The position numbers and the translations under genes are program-made. This document shows positions 29,438 to 37,699 of a DNA stretch of 64,000 nucleotides, one piece after another. The stretch covers positions 1,158 to 65,157 of the IMG/VR virus record IMGVR_UViG_3300009604_004140; one strand, 5' to 3'. The notes beneath the pieces were generated by a model. The model saw only the letters and a program-made list of their open reading frames with translations, made no database searches and was not told where the DNA came from. Within the stretch, counting starts at the first letter, position 1, and every line of letters starts with the position of its first letter. Origin of the DNA: a virus. Taxonomy: Duplodnaviria; Caudoviricetes.

Positions 29438-30394
29438 TTAATTAATGCCCATGCTTTGGTTAGTTTTATTTATACTTTCGTGAGCTGGCCCTAGGCCGGA
29501 TACGGCCCTTATCGCATCAATATTTTCTGGAACAACATCACTTTCCTGATGAATGGCTTGTATATACATCAGTTTGTTGCCCCATACTCCAATGGTGTCG
29601 CTCCAAACGCACACTTCTGGCATGTCACCCCTGCTCCGGCCAAGGTCTTTGGCGTATTCCATAATCTCGGCTGTCGATCTTATGCCGTCAACATTATGTA
29701 CAACGCGAACTCTTGTTGTGTTCTTGAATAGACTTACAATCTCGTCAATAGTAGGTGTGGTTTGGAGATCAACAGTAATGCTGTGCATATGCATTAATGT
29801 GGTGGGAACAGATATAGAGGTAGTAAATATCTCCAAGCTGGGCATTACCGTTCTTACGTCTGGACCATGATGAGACGGAACCACCAAGTGCGGCACAAGG
29901 GCATTAATGGGTCCATGATATATGTCCCAAGGGTCAGCGGCCCTTCTGATCATTGTGGCGTGTACTTTGTCTATTAAATAATTATCATCTAAAGCTTTCA
30001 GTGTTCTGCATAGTCCCGTTGTATTACAGCTAACCACACGGAGGAATTTAGAACAGGCAACGTCAGCATAGTTGCATTGGGCAACAAAACTAGGGGCCAC
30101 CTCTGGCTTTTCTCCTCCTTGAAAGACGGCCTTTATATCCATGTCTTCATATGTTCTTTTGTTACTCGCCCCGATTCCTTTGGGAGTGCAATCCACGACT
30201 ACATCAATTTTATCGAGAAGGTGATGCAGCTTTTTTATCGGAAATATAGGAATGTCTTTTCTTTCAGCGGCTTCTATCTTATAATTATAGGTATTTGCAG
30301 TAACACCTATTAGCTCCATATCGTCTTGTAGCAATACAGCGTCGGCTACACGCTTTCCTATTGTTCCATACCCAACCACTCCGACTTTAATCAT
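29438..30394 (-). CDS. gap: Type II (archaeal-type) glyceraldehyde-3-phosphate dehydrogenase
   Basis: GYGTIGKRVADAV, FQGGEK, VVSCNTTGL, RRAADP, PSHHGPDV, PTTLMH, HQESDVVPENIDAIRA. Start MIKVG at 30394. Confidence 0.9.
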   Translation of the reverse strand: MIKVGVVGYGTIGKRVADAVLLQDDMELIGVTANTYNYKIEAAERKDIPIFPIKKLHHLLDKIDVVVDCTPKGIGASNKRTYEDMDIKAVFQGGEKPEVAPSFVAQCNYADVACSKFLRVVSCNTTGLCRTLKALDDNYLIDKVHATMIRRAADPWDIYHGPINALVPHLVVPSHHGPDVRTVMPSLEIFTTSISVPTTLMHMHSITVDLQTTPTIDEIVSLFKNTTRVRVVHNVDGIRSTAEIMEYAKDLGRSRGDMPEVCVWSDTIGVWGNKLMYIQAIHQESDVVPENIDAIRAVSGLGPAHESINKTNQSMGIN

Positions 30395-30401
30395 ACATGT
30401 C

Positions 30402-30605
30402 TCACGATTTAAGAGGCCAAAAAACATGACCGCACAGAACACCAATTGCAAAAGATATTATAGGGTGTTCACAGGATATTGCATATATTGCATAACTAAT
30501 TGTGGCATTTAAATCTTTAGCAAAAAACATAACCGCAACATCCCATATGAAGATGGTGCAAAAGACAAGGATAACTAAAAATTTAGTAACATTTAAAAAG
30601 TCCAT
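30402..30605 (-). CDS. Small membrane protein (2 TM)
   Basis: Start MDFLNV at 30605; hydrophobic; ends LCGHVFWP. Confidence 0.6.
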   Translation of the reverse strand: MDFLNVTKFLVILVFCTIFIWDVAVMFFAKDLNATISYAIYAISCEHPIISFAIGVLCGHVFWPLKS

Positions 30606-30949
30606 TAGTCTACCCCCATAGTGAAGGTGATATTGTCCTTTTCTTCTTCGAGAATCCTTTGCTTTTCTTTCTGGCATTCCGGGCAAGCATCGTAAAACTT
30701 ATCAACATGCGGTGCCACGAAATGATGAACTCTTAAAATACCCACATTTAAATCGTTTTGATTTATGGCGAGCCGGGACTGCCCAGACATCAACATTGAC
30801 ATCGCGCTGTACATGTTTTTCTTAAACTTTTCGTTTTCTGCTACTGCTGCGGTATCCTTCTTGGGGATATTTGTATACACAGTGTATCCCACAACCAAAG
30901 TAGTAACTAAATTTAACAATAAAAGAAAAATAATTATTCTGCTTTTCAT
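30605..30949 (-). CDS. Membrane-anchored hypothetical protein
   Basis: N-terminal TM segment; HH..PH...CPEC. Confidence 0.55.
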   Translation of the reverse strand: MKSRIIIFLLLLNLVTTLVVGYTVYTNIPKKDTAAVAENEKFKKNMYSAMSMLMSGQSRLAINQNDLNVGILRVHHFVAPHVDKFYDACPECQKEKQRILEEEKDNITFTMGVD

Positions 30950-30976
30950 TTGATGTGTGCCTCCCTAAGAAATGTT

Positions 30977-31255
30977 TTACACAGAGACTTCTAATTCTTT
31001 ATCGAACGAACATTGGGCATCATGCGCCACCTTGCAAGCCTCATAGGATTCAGCGTTAAGGGCCCTGTATTCGCCCGTGTGCCACTTCTTATTGTTGCTT
31101 CCATCGAATGTCATACAATTACATGCGAATTTAACTTGAACATAGTCTTTTTCTTTTTGCACAACCTGCGCAATAGAGAAATCGTGTCAGTCAAAGGGCT
31201 GTTTTCCTTCAAGGGGCTTCTCAGTTCTTCGTAACCAGTCTCCAATATTAGCCAT
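30977..31255 (-). CDS. Candidate selenoprotein (92 aa, in-frame UGA at codon 23)
   Basis: RBS AAGGAG then ATG 31255; MANIGDWLRRTEKPLEGKQPFD-UGA-HDFSIAQVVQKEKDYVQVKFACNC...; in frame with track ORF 30977..31162; hairpin immediately 3' of UGA. Confidence 0.6.
31150..31181 (-). promoter_or_regulatory. Putative bacterial SECIS hairpin
   Basis: UGA CACGA UUUCU CUA UUGCGC AGGUU GUGCAA AA AGAAA: upper stem UUGCGC/GUGCAA, GGU-containing loop ~20 nt after UGA, lower stem UUUCU/AGAAA. Confidence 0.55.
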
Positions 31256-31305
31256 TTCTTTCTCCTTTTAGTTATATAATGTAGGTATTTGTCAATAAGT
31301 ACCTA

Positions 31306-31629
31306 CTAAACCTGAAAACTACTTCCGCACCCACAGCTTTTTGTCGCGCTAGGATTATCAAAAGTAAAGCCCCGTCTGGAAATATCATTATAATAGTCCA
31401 GTACAGTTCCCTCTAAGTAGAGAGCACTCTTTTTATCTACAATAACGTCTACTCCGTGCTGATGAGATAGCGTGTCTTTTTGTTCATCGTATTCACTACC
31501 TACCGTTAGGTCATACTGAAAACCAGAACAACCGCCTCCTTGAACAGCAATTCTTAAATATTTTTCTTCGGTGTCCTCAAGATACTTTTTAGCCTCGGCT
31601 GCTGCGGTTTCTGTTAGTTTAATTGTCAT
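31306..31629 (-). CDS. iscA: HesB/IscA/ErpA A-type Fe-S carrier
   Basis: IKLTETAA, LRIAVQGGGCSGFQY, NPSATKSCGCGSSF. Start 31629. Confidence 0.92.
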   Translation of the reverse strand: MTIKLTETAAAEAKKYLEDTEEKYLRIAVQGGGCSGFQYDLTVGSEYDEQKDTLSHQHGVDVIVDKKSALYLEGTVLDYYNDISRRGFTFDNPSATKSCGCGSSFQV

Positions 31630-31780
31630 CAGAGCCTCTTGCTGGCACAAGAATTCGTCCATTCTTTCTATACAAACCTTTTCTTTTATAATAATAAATC
31701 TCCCCAGTCTTGGGGTCTTCATACGCATAGTAACGCTTAGATTTTACATATTCAAAAATAGCTTTTATATATTTATTCAT
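31619..31780 (-). CDS. 53-aa small protein (not in ORF track)
   Basis: MNKYIKAIFEYVKSKRYYAYEDPKTGEIYYYKRKGLYRKNGRILVPARGSDDN; ATG overlaps the DUF1501 stop (TAATG) and the ORF fills the gap. Confidence 0.6.
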   Translation of the reverse strand: MNKYIKAIFEYVKSKRYYAYEDPKTGEIYYYKRKGLYRKNGRILVPARGSDDN

Positions 31781-33036
31781 TATAAAATTACCTTCGCTTC
31801 ACCTTCTAGTAAGTATCGTGGACGACCACCATTGTCTACTCTTTGAATATTCTTAGAAATTCCAAAGTGATCAAACATGGTGGCAGCTACGTCGATAGGC
31901 CCAAAGGGACTTTCAGATGGGGTATAGGACTTGTCGGCCTTCCCTACAACCCTGCCGCTGTCATATCTTCCACCCGACATAAGCATTGTGGAAATCGAGG
32001 GCCAATGATCGCGGCCCGCATTGGCGTTAAGTTTGGTACGGCCAAATTCACCAGTGACAATCAAGAGAATCTTTTCATTAAGACCTCTTTGCTGCACGTC
32101 TTCTACAAAAGCCGCAAGAGCTTTGTCTATAGGGGGAACTCTTCCCTTAAGTGCGTTTGCGATGTTGCTATGCATGTCCCAACCACCATAATTGATAGTA
32201 ACAAACCTTGTGCCAAACTGACATAAGCGGCGAGCCAATAGCAACTGCTTTCCAATCGCCGTATCTCCATAGGCTTCTTTTGTTTTGGGGTCTTCTTTAT
32301 CCAAATTGAATGCGTCTTTGGCTGTTCCAAGGATTACGTCAAATGCCTGCTGATTGAATTTTGTAACAGAGTCTGCTGATGGACTAGGAATATTAACACC
32401 TTCAAGTGATTTTAATAGTTCATTCCTATTTGCGAATCTCTCAATGTCTACTCTGGGCGTTAGGTTATCTTTGTTTGAAGGGTCGAAGGGTTTGTATGCT
32501 CCGCCCAACCACGCTGGATCTTCACCTTCTATCCTGCCCTGTTTAACATATGTAGGAACTCCGTTTTTGGGGTTGTTGGCACCATAGACAGCAGACACGA
32601 TAGACCCATGAGATGGGAACATAGAGTTAGATGTTTGACTTCGTTCTTTGTTGTGATGGGAAGTCATGACCCAGTGCGTAGCCTGTCTGTGAGAAGAGTC
32701 TCCGTGAGTAAAGGAGTCTACAACGTTGAGGCTGGGAGCTTGCTTGATTAGATTTTGCCAATGAGAACCAAAAGCCATTCCGGTTGGCTTGTCCACCAAA
32801 GCGCCACCCACAGACCTGTATTCAGAAGGAACGCTATCCTCTTTTGGGGCGTGGAATGTTTCAAATTGTGTCGGACCTCCCCCCAGCCATACCCACACGA
32901 CAGAGCTATCTTTAAGTTCTTGCGCCTCTTCCTGACCCATAGCAATATCAGAAAGCCCTAGAGAGGACATCCCTGCCCCAATACTGCCTATCCTTAGAAA
33001 GTCACGTCTGTTTGAATAAAAGTCAAGCATTTTCAC
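31780..33036 (-). CDS. DUF1501-family protein with Tat signal peptide
   Basis: NRRDFLRIG; WLGGGPTQFETF; LLARRLCQFGTRFV; GGWDMH; GEFGRT; GRDHWP. Confidence 0.9.
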   Translation of the reverse strand: MKMLDFYSNRRDFLRIGSIGAGMSSLGLSDIAMGQEEAQELKDSSVVWVWLGGGPTQFETFHAPKEDSVPSEYRSVGGALVDKPTGMAFGSHWQNLIKQAPSLNVVDSFTHGDSSHRQATHWVMTSHHNKERSQTSNSMFPSHGSIVSAVYGANNPKNGVPTYVKQGRIEGEDPAWLGGAYKPFDPSNKDNLTPRVDIERFANRNELLKSLEGVNIPSPSADSVTKFNQQAFDVILGTAKDAFNLDKEDPKTKEAYGDTAIGKQLLLARRLCQFGTRFVTINYGGWDMHSNIANALKGRVPPIDKALAAFVEDVQQRGLNEKILLIVTGEFGRTKLNANAGRDHWPSISTMLMSGGRYDSGRVVGKADKSYTPSESPFGPIDVAATMFDHFGISKNIQRVDNGGRPRYLLEGEAKVIL

Positions 33037-33056
33037 TCTCCTCGGTAAATGTTATT

Positions 33057-35252
33057 CTAAATGAGTTCGCAAACCCCTCCGCTGCAAGCCCACTCTTGTT
33101 CTGGTTCTACATTGTCTTTTTCTTCGATTATCTGCGTATAATCTACTTTATTATATTCTCTTTTTAAATCAACCCATTCTTTCCAGTTGTAAACATCTTT
33201 CATACAATAGGTTAAATTCTTAACATCTGAATCCATATATTTTCTAGCAAATTTCTTGCATCTTGCTATCCAGTCTCTCTTTGATGCCCCTTTTATTCTT
33301 GACCCAACGCCAAGAAGGGCATCGCATGCAGCCCATAGGTTGTCTTCCCATAAGTCAAGGGCCACTTCGATGAGACCGCTAACAAACATGGCACCATCTC
33401 CGTAGTATGCTACCTGTTCGCTGGGCAAGTAAATTGTTGTGAAGGGGGCTTGAGGGTAATCTTTATCCCCACTTACTGGCAAAAGAGAGATCCCACAAAA
33501 ATATTTTTTATTTTTATATATAAATTTCTCTATCTCGTCCCATTCATCCGGTTTAACATTAATAGTATTGGAAACATTATGGTTCAACCAAGGCTTTGTG
33601 CATAGGGCATCTGTTTTTCCAACCATAACCCAATTCTGTTGCGTCCCTTTTACATACCCCAAAAGGGTTAGTGCATCAATCTGATTTTTGGTTTTAGAAC
33701 CCGGAGGAACCTCTATGCAGAAAGAAATTACGTCGTCGCTGTCATTGGCAGACCATACCGATTCTTCGCAAGCCCTCGGATTTATTTTTTTGAAGTATCC
33801 ATAAATTTCTTCCATCTTATTAGCCTGTACGCGTCGTATATAGCGCTTGGCATGATGAGGATGAATACCAGAGCTAGTACCAAGGATACAACTAGAAGTT
33901 CCTTCAGGCTTGACACAAGTAGTCCTAGCTGCCTGATTAATTCCGACCTTCTTCGCCAGCTCTTTATTGGTTTGTTTGACAATCCGGGCCCCCTTTTTCT
34001 GTACAGCTCCGTTAAGACATATCTCATGTTGTTCCATAACGCCTGTCATGGAAACCCCCAAGAGTGCCTCTCGCTGCAAAATTCTTTCGCTTACCTCTCC
34101 TAGATATGGAAGGTCTGTAAAGCCAGCTTGAAGGGTTCCTATTATAGCTGCTGCTCGGCACGCCTCATAAAAGTCTTCCTCTGTTTTTACTTTAGCGCAA
34201 TTAATAGTGCTTAAATTGCAGGCTTGCCACCCAGTTTTTCCAGTTTTTTCATCTACCGGGTACATTCCAATTTCTACACAGGGGTTAACTATGAGTTCGG
34301 TAGAGTCTGACCACACAAAACCCGGCTCTCCAAACTCTCTCACGGACTCCATCAAGGAATGGAACTGCTCTGGGGTTGTCTTATCTCTTACTAAAAGGGC
34401 TGAGTTATTTGATCTTCCTCTTTGAGGGTTTTCGTGAAACCAGTTTCCGGTTTTTGCCGTTGCCATCTCTTCGTCGTCGGGACTGAACAAACAAATCGTT
34501 GCACTGCGTCGAACTCCCCCTGATATTACCGCGTCCGCAGAATGCATTATAATATCATAGGCTTCAATGGGGGTTAGTCTGCGAAGGGATTTAGCAGCGA
34601 ATGTAGAATTCTCAATCGCACGATCAAGAATTTTTTTAATGTTACGCAATGCCTTCTTTAGGGGTGCTGCTCCGGGAGCTTTTCCGGAACTGGAACTCAA
34701 TTCGGTCCCCGCTGCTCTGATTTGAGAGAAGTCAAACGCCACATTCCTTCCCGAATATTCAGGAAAGATTTCATTTTGATCAAAATAACTACTTATCAGA
34801 ACCCCGACCGCATCTGACCAGCCTTCGATGCTGTCTTCAATAATGAACTTTTTATTAGCCCTTTTGGAAATGGGCGCAAAGTAAGGAAGCTGGTCTATGT
34901 GATGCTTTTGCACAGAGAATCCGGTGCCACAGCCACACAATAGTAGATACATGCATTCTTGAAAGAATCTTAATCTATCGCAGTAAGAAGAAATGCAGTT
35001 ATAGATTCTAGCATTATGCTTAAAGGTGGGCCCTCCTCCGAATTGCAAAGCTCTTTGAGACCCAAGGATACGCTTTTTAAACATCATGTCATAGGCCCAA
35101 GCAATGTCTCCATTGACTTCTGGGTATTTTTCATACATCATACCCATGACCCTATCGACGGACTCCCTCCATGTCTCCCTTCTCTTCTTTTCGGGAATCC
35201 AACGGGCGTACCTGCCAACAAAAGTATAGTTTTGGAGTTCCGAAACCGACAT
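33057..35252 (-). CDS. nrdJ: Class II (B12-dependent) ribonucleotide reductase
   Basis: RYAR..RRETW, YNC, GCGTGFSV, GGVRRSA, GEPG, NPCVEI, CNL, VKPEGT, C-terminal CSGGVC. Confidence 0.9.
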   Translation of the reverse strand: MSVSELQNYTFVGRYARWIPEKKRRETWRESVDRVMGMMYEKYPEVNGDIAWAYDMMFKKRILGSQRALQFGGGPTFKHNARIYNCISSYCDRLRFFQECMYLLLCGCGTGFSVQKHHIDQLPYFAPISKRANKKFIIEDSIEGWSDAVGVLISSYFDQNEIFPEYSGRNVAFDFSQIRAAGTELSSSSGKAPGAAPLKKALRNIKKILDRAIENSTFAAKSLRRLTPIEAYDIIMHSADAVISGGVRRSATICLFSPDDEEMATAKTGNWFHENPQRGRSNNSALLVRDKTTPEQFHSLMESVREFGEPGFVWSDSTELIVNPCVEIGMYPVDEKTGKTGWQACNLSTINCAKVKTEEDFYEACRAAAIIGTLQAGFTDLPYLGEVSERILQREALLGVSMTGVMEQHEICLNGAVQKKGARIVKQTNKELAKKVGINQAARTTCVKPEGTSSCILGTSSGIHPHHAKRYIRRVQANKMEEIYGYFKKINPRACEESVWSANDSDDVISFCIEVPPGSKTKNQIDALTLLGYVKGTQQNWVMVGKTDALCTKPWLNHNVSNTINVKPDEWDEIEKFIYKNKKYFCGISLLPVSGDKDYPQAPFTTIYLPSEQVAYYGDGAMFVSGLIEVALDLWEDNLWAACDALLGVGSRIKGASKRDWIARCKKFARKYMDSDVKNLTYCMKDVYNWKEWVDLKREYNKVDYTQIIEEKDNVEPEQEWACSGGVCELI

Positions 35253-35479
35253 TAGGAGGGCTTTCCTCCCGAAGATGGCTTCCTGCCTTTCTTTCCTTTC
35301 CTCCCTTTTCCTTTCTTTGTCTGTGTGTGCTTGTTAAAGAAGTTTGACATATCCTCTGCCGAATTGGAAGCAAATGTTTTTCGTTTTGAGGTCGCCTTTC
35401 CGGATTTGTCTCTTACTATGAAATTTACTTCAAATTTAGTGGACTTCTTTTTGTTCCCCCCTATTCCTTCGTTAAGCAT
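35252..35479 (-). CDS. Small basic hypothetical protein
   Basis: K-rich; stop overlaps the nrdJ start. Confidence 0.5.
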   Translation of the reverse strand: MLNEGIGGNKKKSTKFEVNFIVRDKSGKATSKRKTFASNSAEDMSNFFNKHTQTKKGKGRKGKKGRKPSSGGKPS

Positions 35480-35561
35480 CAGAAAACCTTTTGAAATATC
35501 TTTGTTAGAGGGCGGCAGCGAGATAGAGCGTGACTGCCTTGACTTTCTTTCCTTGTATACT

Positions 35562-35571
35562 ATTATACACC
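35562..35571 (-). promoter_or_regulatory. GGTGTATAAT promoter-like motif upstream of the nrdJ operon
   Basis: Minus strand GGTGTATAATAGTAT; related motifs occur in other intergenic gaps. Confidence 0.5.
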
Positions 35572-35594
35572 CTCAAGAGACCAAGGGCCTACTG

Positions 35595-35783
35595 CTATCC
35601 GTATTTTTTGATGTTTTTCTCTGCGCAGGAACAATAAGAATGGTTCTCTTCTCCAGCCGGGGTGATATACTTGTGATATCCTCTTCCTTGGCATTTCTTA
35701 CAGGAGCCTTTTGCATACATGCGAGCCACATCAAAATAGATGGTTCGCGTGCAGTTAATTTTAAGTGGCTTTTTATTTTTCAT
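35595..35783 (-). CDS. Small Zn-finger protein (DnaJ-like CxxCxGxG)
   Basis: CKKCQGRG...CSC. Confidence 0.6.
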   Translation of the reverse strand: MKNKKPLKINCTRTIYFDVARMYAKGSCKKCQGRGYHKYITPAGEENHSYCSCAEKNIKKYG

Positions 35784-35798
35784 TGAATTCCTTTGAGA

Positions 35799-36104
35799 TT
35801 AAAATCTGAATTGAAAGAAGAAAAATCTTTGTTGATTAAGCTGCCGCTGATAGAGTATTCTTCTTTGGTTGCAAATGTAGCAATTGCAATATGCAAAGTG
35901 TCCGTAGCCATATGTTGGCTGATAATACGGATAGTAAAATATCTGAGGCCGCATCTGGGGAGCCGCCTGTCTTTGTGGGCCGTTCCACCAACTGGCCTTG
36001 CCAGTTCCATACCTAAAGTTTTGCAGGCGCGGGTTTGGTTCATCTCCCCTCAGAGGGATTGCAAAAAATATTAAAGCAAAAAGAATAAAAACTAGATTTT
36101 TCAT
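35799..36104 (-). CDS. Secreted low-complexity small protein
   Basis: Signal peptide MKNLVFILFALIFFAIPLRG; Y/Q/P-rich; RBS AAGGAG. Confidence 0.6.
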   Translation of the reverse strand: MKNLVFILFALIFFAIPLRGDEPNPRLQNFRYGTGKASWWNGPQRQAAPQMRPQIFYYPYYQPTYGYGHFAYCNCYICNQRRILYQRQLNQQRFFFFQFRF

Positions 36105-36140
36105 ATTTAGATGTCTCCTTAACTATTATATACTGCAAAT

Positions 36141-36171
36141 AAAAAAAGGGACAACCGGAGTTGCCCCTTTT
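36141..36171 (-). terminator. Intrinsic terminator
   Basis: GGGGCAAC-TCCG-GTTGTCCC followed by T7. Confidence 0.75.
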
Positions 36172-36196
36172 CAAATCCGTTTAATTTGAACTTAAG

Positions 36197-36355
36197 TTAT
36201 TCCTTGAGGTTGCTGAAAACATCGGCCAAGAGGTTTGGCCACCAGCCCATAAACACCCCGAGAAAATATATGCCCCCACCCAAAAGTAAAATACGCACCG
36301 GTTTCTTTCTGAGGGGACTAGTAATACCATGAAGAAGAGTCTTCAATAAGTTCAT
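36197..36355 (-). CDS. 52-aa membrane protein (not in ORF track)
   Basis: MNLLKTLLHGITSPLRKKPVRILLLGGGIYFLGVFMGWWPNLLADVFSNLKE; RBS GGGAG. Confidence 0.65.
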   Translation of the reverse strand: MNLLKTLLHGITSPLRKKPVRILLLGGGIYFLGVFMGWWPNLLADVFSNLKE

Positions 36356-36376
36356 AATTCTCCCTTTCTTTAAAAA

Positions 36377-36559
36377 CTACTCGGTAACTCTCAAGCTGTC
36401 ACCAACAATCCACGCGGCTGCCAATAAGACAACATACTGAACTGTTTCGGGGGTTACTGTGCCTTCTCCAAAAAGGGTATTTGCAGCCACAACGACTACA
36501 CCAGACACGGCGACCCAGAAGCGACGAGACTTAAACATCGTCTTCACTTTCTCGAACAT
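36377..36559 (-). CDS. Holin-like 2-TM protein
   Basis: KSRRFWVAV...LAAAWIVGDS pattern typical of small phage holins. Confidence 0.55.
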   Translation of the reverse strand: MFEKVKTMFKSRRFWVAVSGVVVVAANTLFGEGTVTPETVQYVVLLAAAWIVGDSLRVTE

Positions 36560-36561
36560 AC

Positions 36562-36918
36562 TTAATTCTCCTTTAATTGGTTAATTTTATCACTCAGAAT
36601 CTCAATAGACTGTGCCAAGGACGCCACCTGTAATTTAAGATCAACAATAGCGTCTGTATTAGCTTTGAGGACTGTCCTGAGTTGCTCTTCTAACTTATCT
36701 GCTCTGTCGTCAATGCGGTCGAGCCTACTTTTTACATCGTTAATTTCCTTTTCAACTTTCTGCGATCCTTCGGTTACTAAAATCCGGGCTTCTGCTCTCG
36801 TTACGAGATCCTTCCCATAGGAAAGCCAAAAGCCACCCATGCTAATTATTATAGCGACACAAATGGTTGCTGAGTATTTAAGAAATGGAATAATTTGTGC
36901 TGATTGTTGCGATGCCAT
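36562..36918 (-). CDS. TM + coiled-coil protein
   Basis: N-terminal TM segment, heptad-rich C-terminus. Confidence 0.55.
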   Translation of the reverse strand: MASQQSAQIIPFLKYSATICVAIIISMGGFWLSYGKDLVTRAEARILVTEGSQKVEKEINDVKSRLDRIDDRADKLEEQLRTVLKANTDAIVDLKLQVASLAQSIEILSDKINQLKEN

Positions 36919-36929
36919 GCATTGTCTCC

Positions 36930-36970
36930 AAAAAATAGGGCTCCGGCCCCCCGAAGGGGACCTTTGCCCT
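36930..36970 (-). terminator. Intrinsic terminator
   Basis: AGGGC..GGTCCCC-TTCG-GGGGGCC..GCCCT then ATTTTTT. Confidence 0.65.
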
Positions 36971-36978
36971 TAATTTGA

Positions 36979-37602
36979 TTACCACACGCTTCGTGAGGAA
37001 TATAGGCCAGTTTTTGGCAACCCAAGATTACCTCCCATGTAAGCAAGGTGTCCCGGCTCCAGTTGACTAGGATTAGCAGCCTTGTCTGTCTGATTGCCAA
37101 CCAAGTTGGACGACTGATCAACACCACCAATAATATTCCATCCGCCAGCATCTGTAACTGTTAGTGCTGGGCTGAATGCTCCACTAAAGACATTCCAGTT
37201 GCCAGCAACCACGGAGGTCTTGTAGTCAAGGCTTCTAATTATTGCCTCTTGGTTAATAGAGACAATTCCAGAGCTTCCAGCCGACCGAATGGCCTGCGTA
37301 AGATTGGTAACGCCAGCGATGTCGGTAGTGTACTTGACAATCACTTGGCCCGGCTGATTGTTAAACGTGCTTGATGTAGAGGGAGCTATAATTCCTGTGT
37401 TATTAACGCCCGAAGAAATCAGAACAAGACGCTCTTCTTCTCCGAGGGAATTTTGACTCCATAGATTCTCATCCATTCCAGCCAGAGTCCCGGAAGGGCC
37501 TTGGCCGCGAATATTGCCTTGGTCGTTGTCGACGCCACTGGGATAGCCATTGACGTACTGGTTGTACCTAAGCGTGCCTGCAAGATTAGTAACAAAACCC
37601 AT
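36979..37602 (-). CDS. G/N/S/T-rich hypothetical protein, possibly virion structural
   Basis: Start MGFVTN at 37602 with RBS GAGG; monocistronic, with a promoter-like motif and terminator. Confidence 0.55.
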   Translation of the reverse strand: MGFVTNLAGTLRYNQYVNGYPSGVDNDQGNIRGQGPSGTLAGMDENLWSQNSLGEEERLVLISSGVNNTGIIAPSTSSTFNNQPGQVIVKYTTDIAGVTNLTQAIRSAGSSGIVSINQEAIIRSLDYKTSVVAGNWNVFSGAFSPALTVTDAGGWNIIGGVDQSSNLVGNQTDKAANPSQLEPGHLAYMGGNLGLPKTGLYSSRSVW

Positions 37603-37699
37603 AATATTTACCTCTTTTTCTATATAGAGGTCATTTGTATCCCGTTGTTCCAAACAATATTAATCCTGTCCTGTCTATGATTACACCTAACGGACATCA

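Noticed and set aside
35480-35560. Cobalamin riboswitch upstream of the nrdJ operon
   Set aside because: Only ~80 nt with one GGCAG/CTGCC hairpin; no recognisable B12-box.
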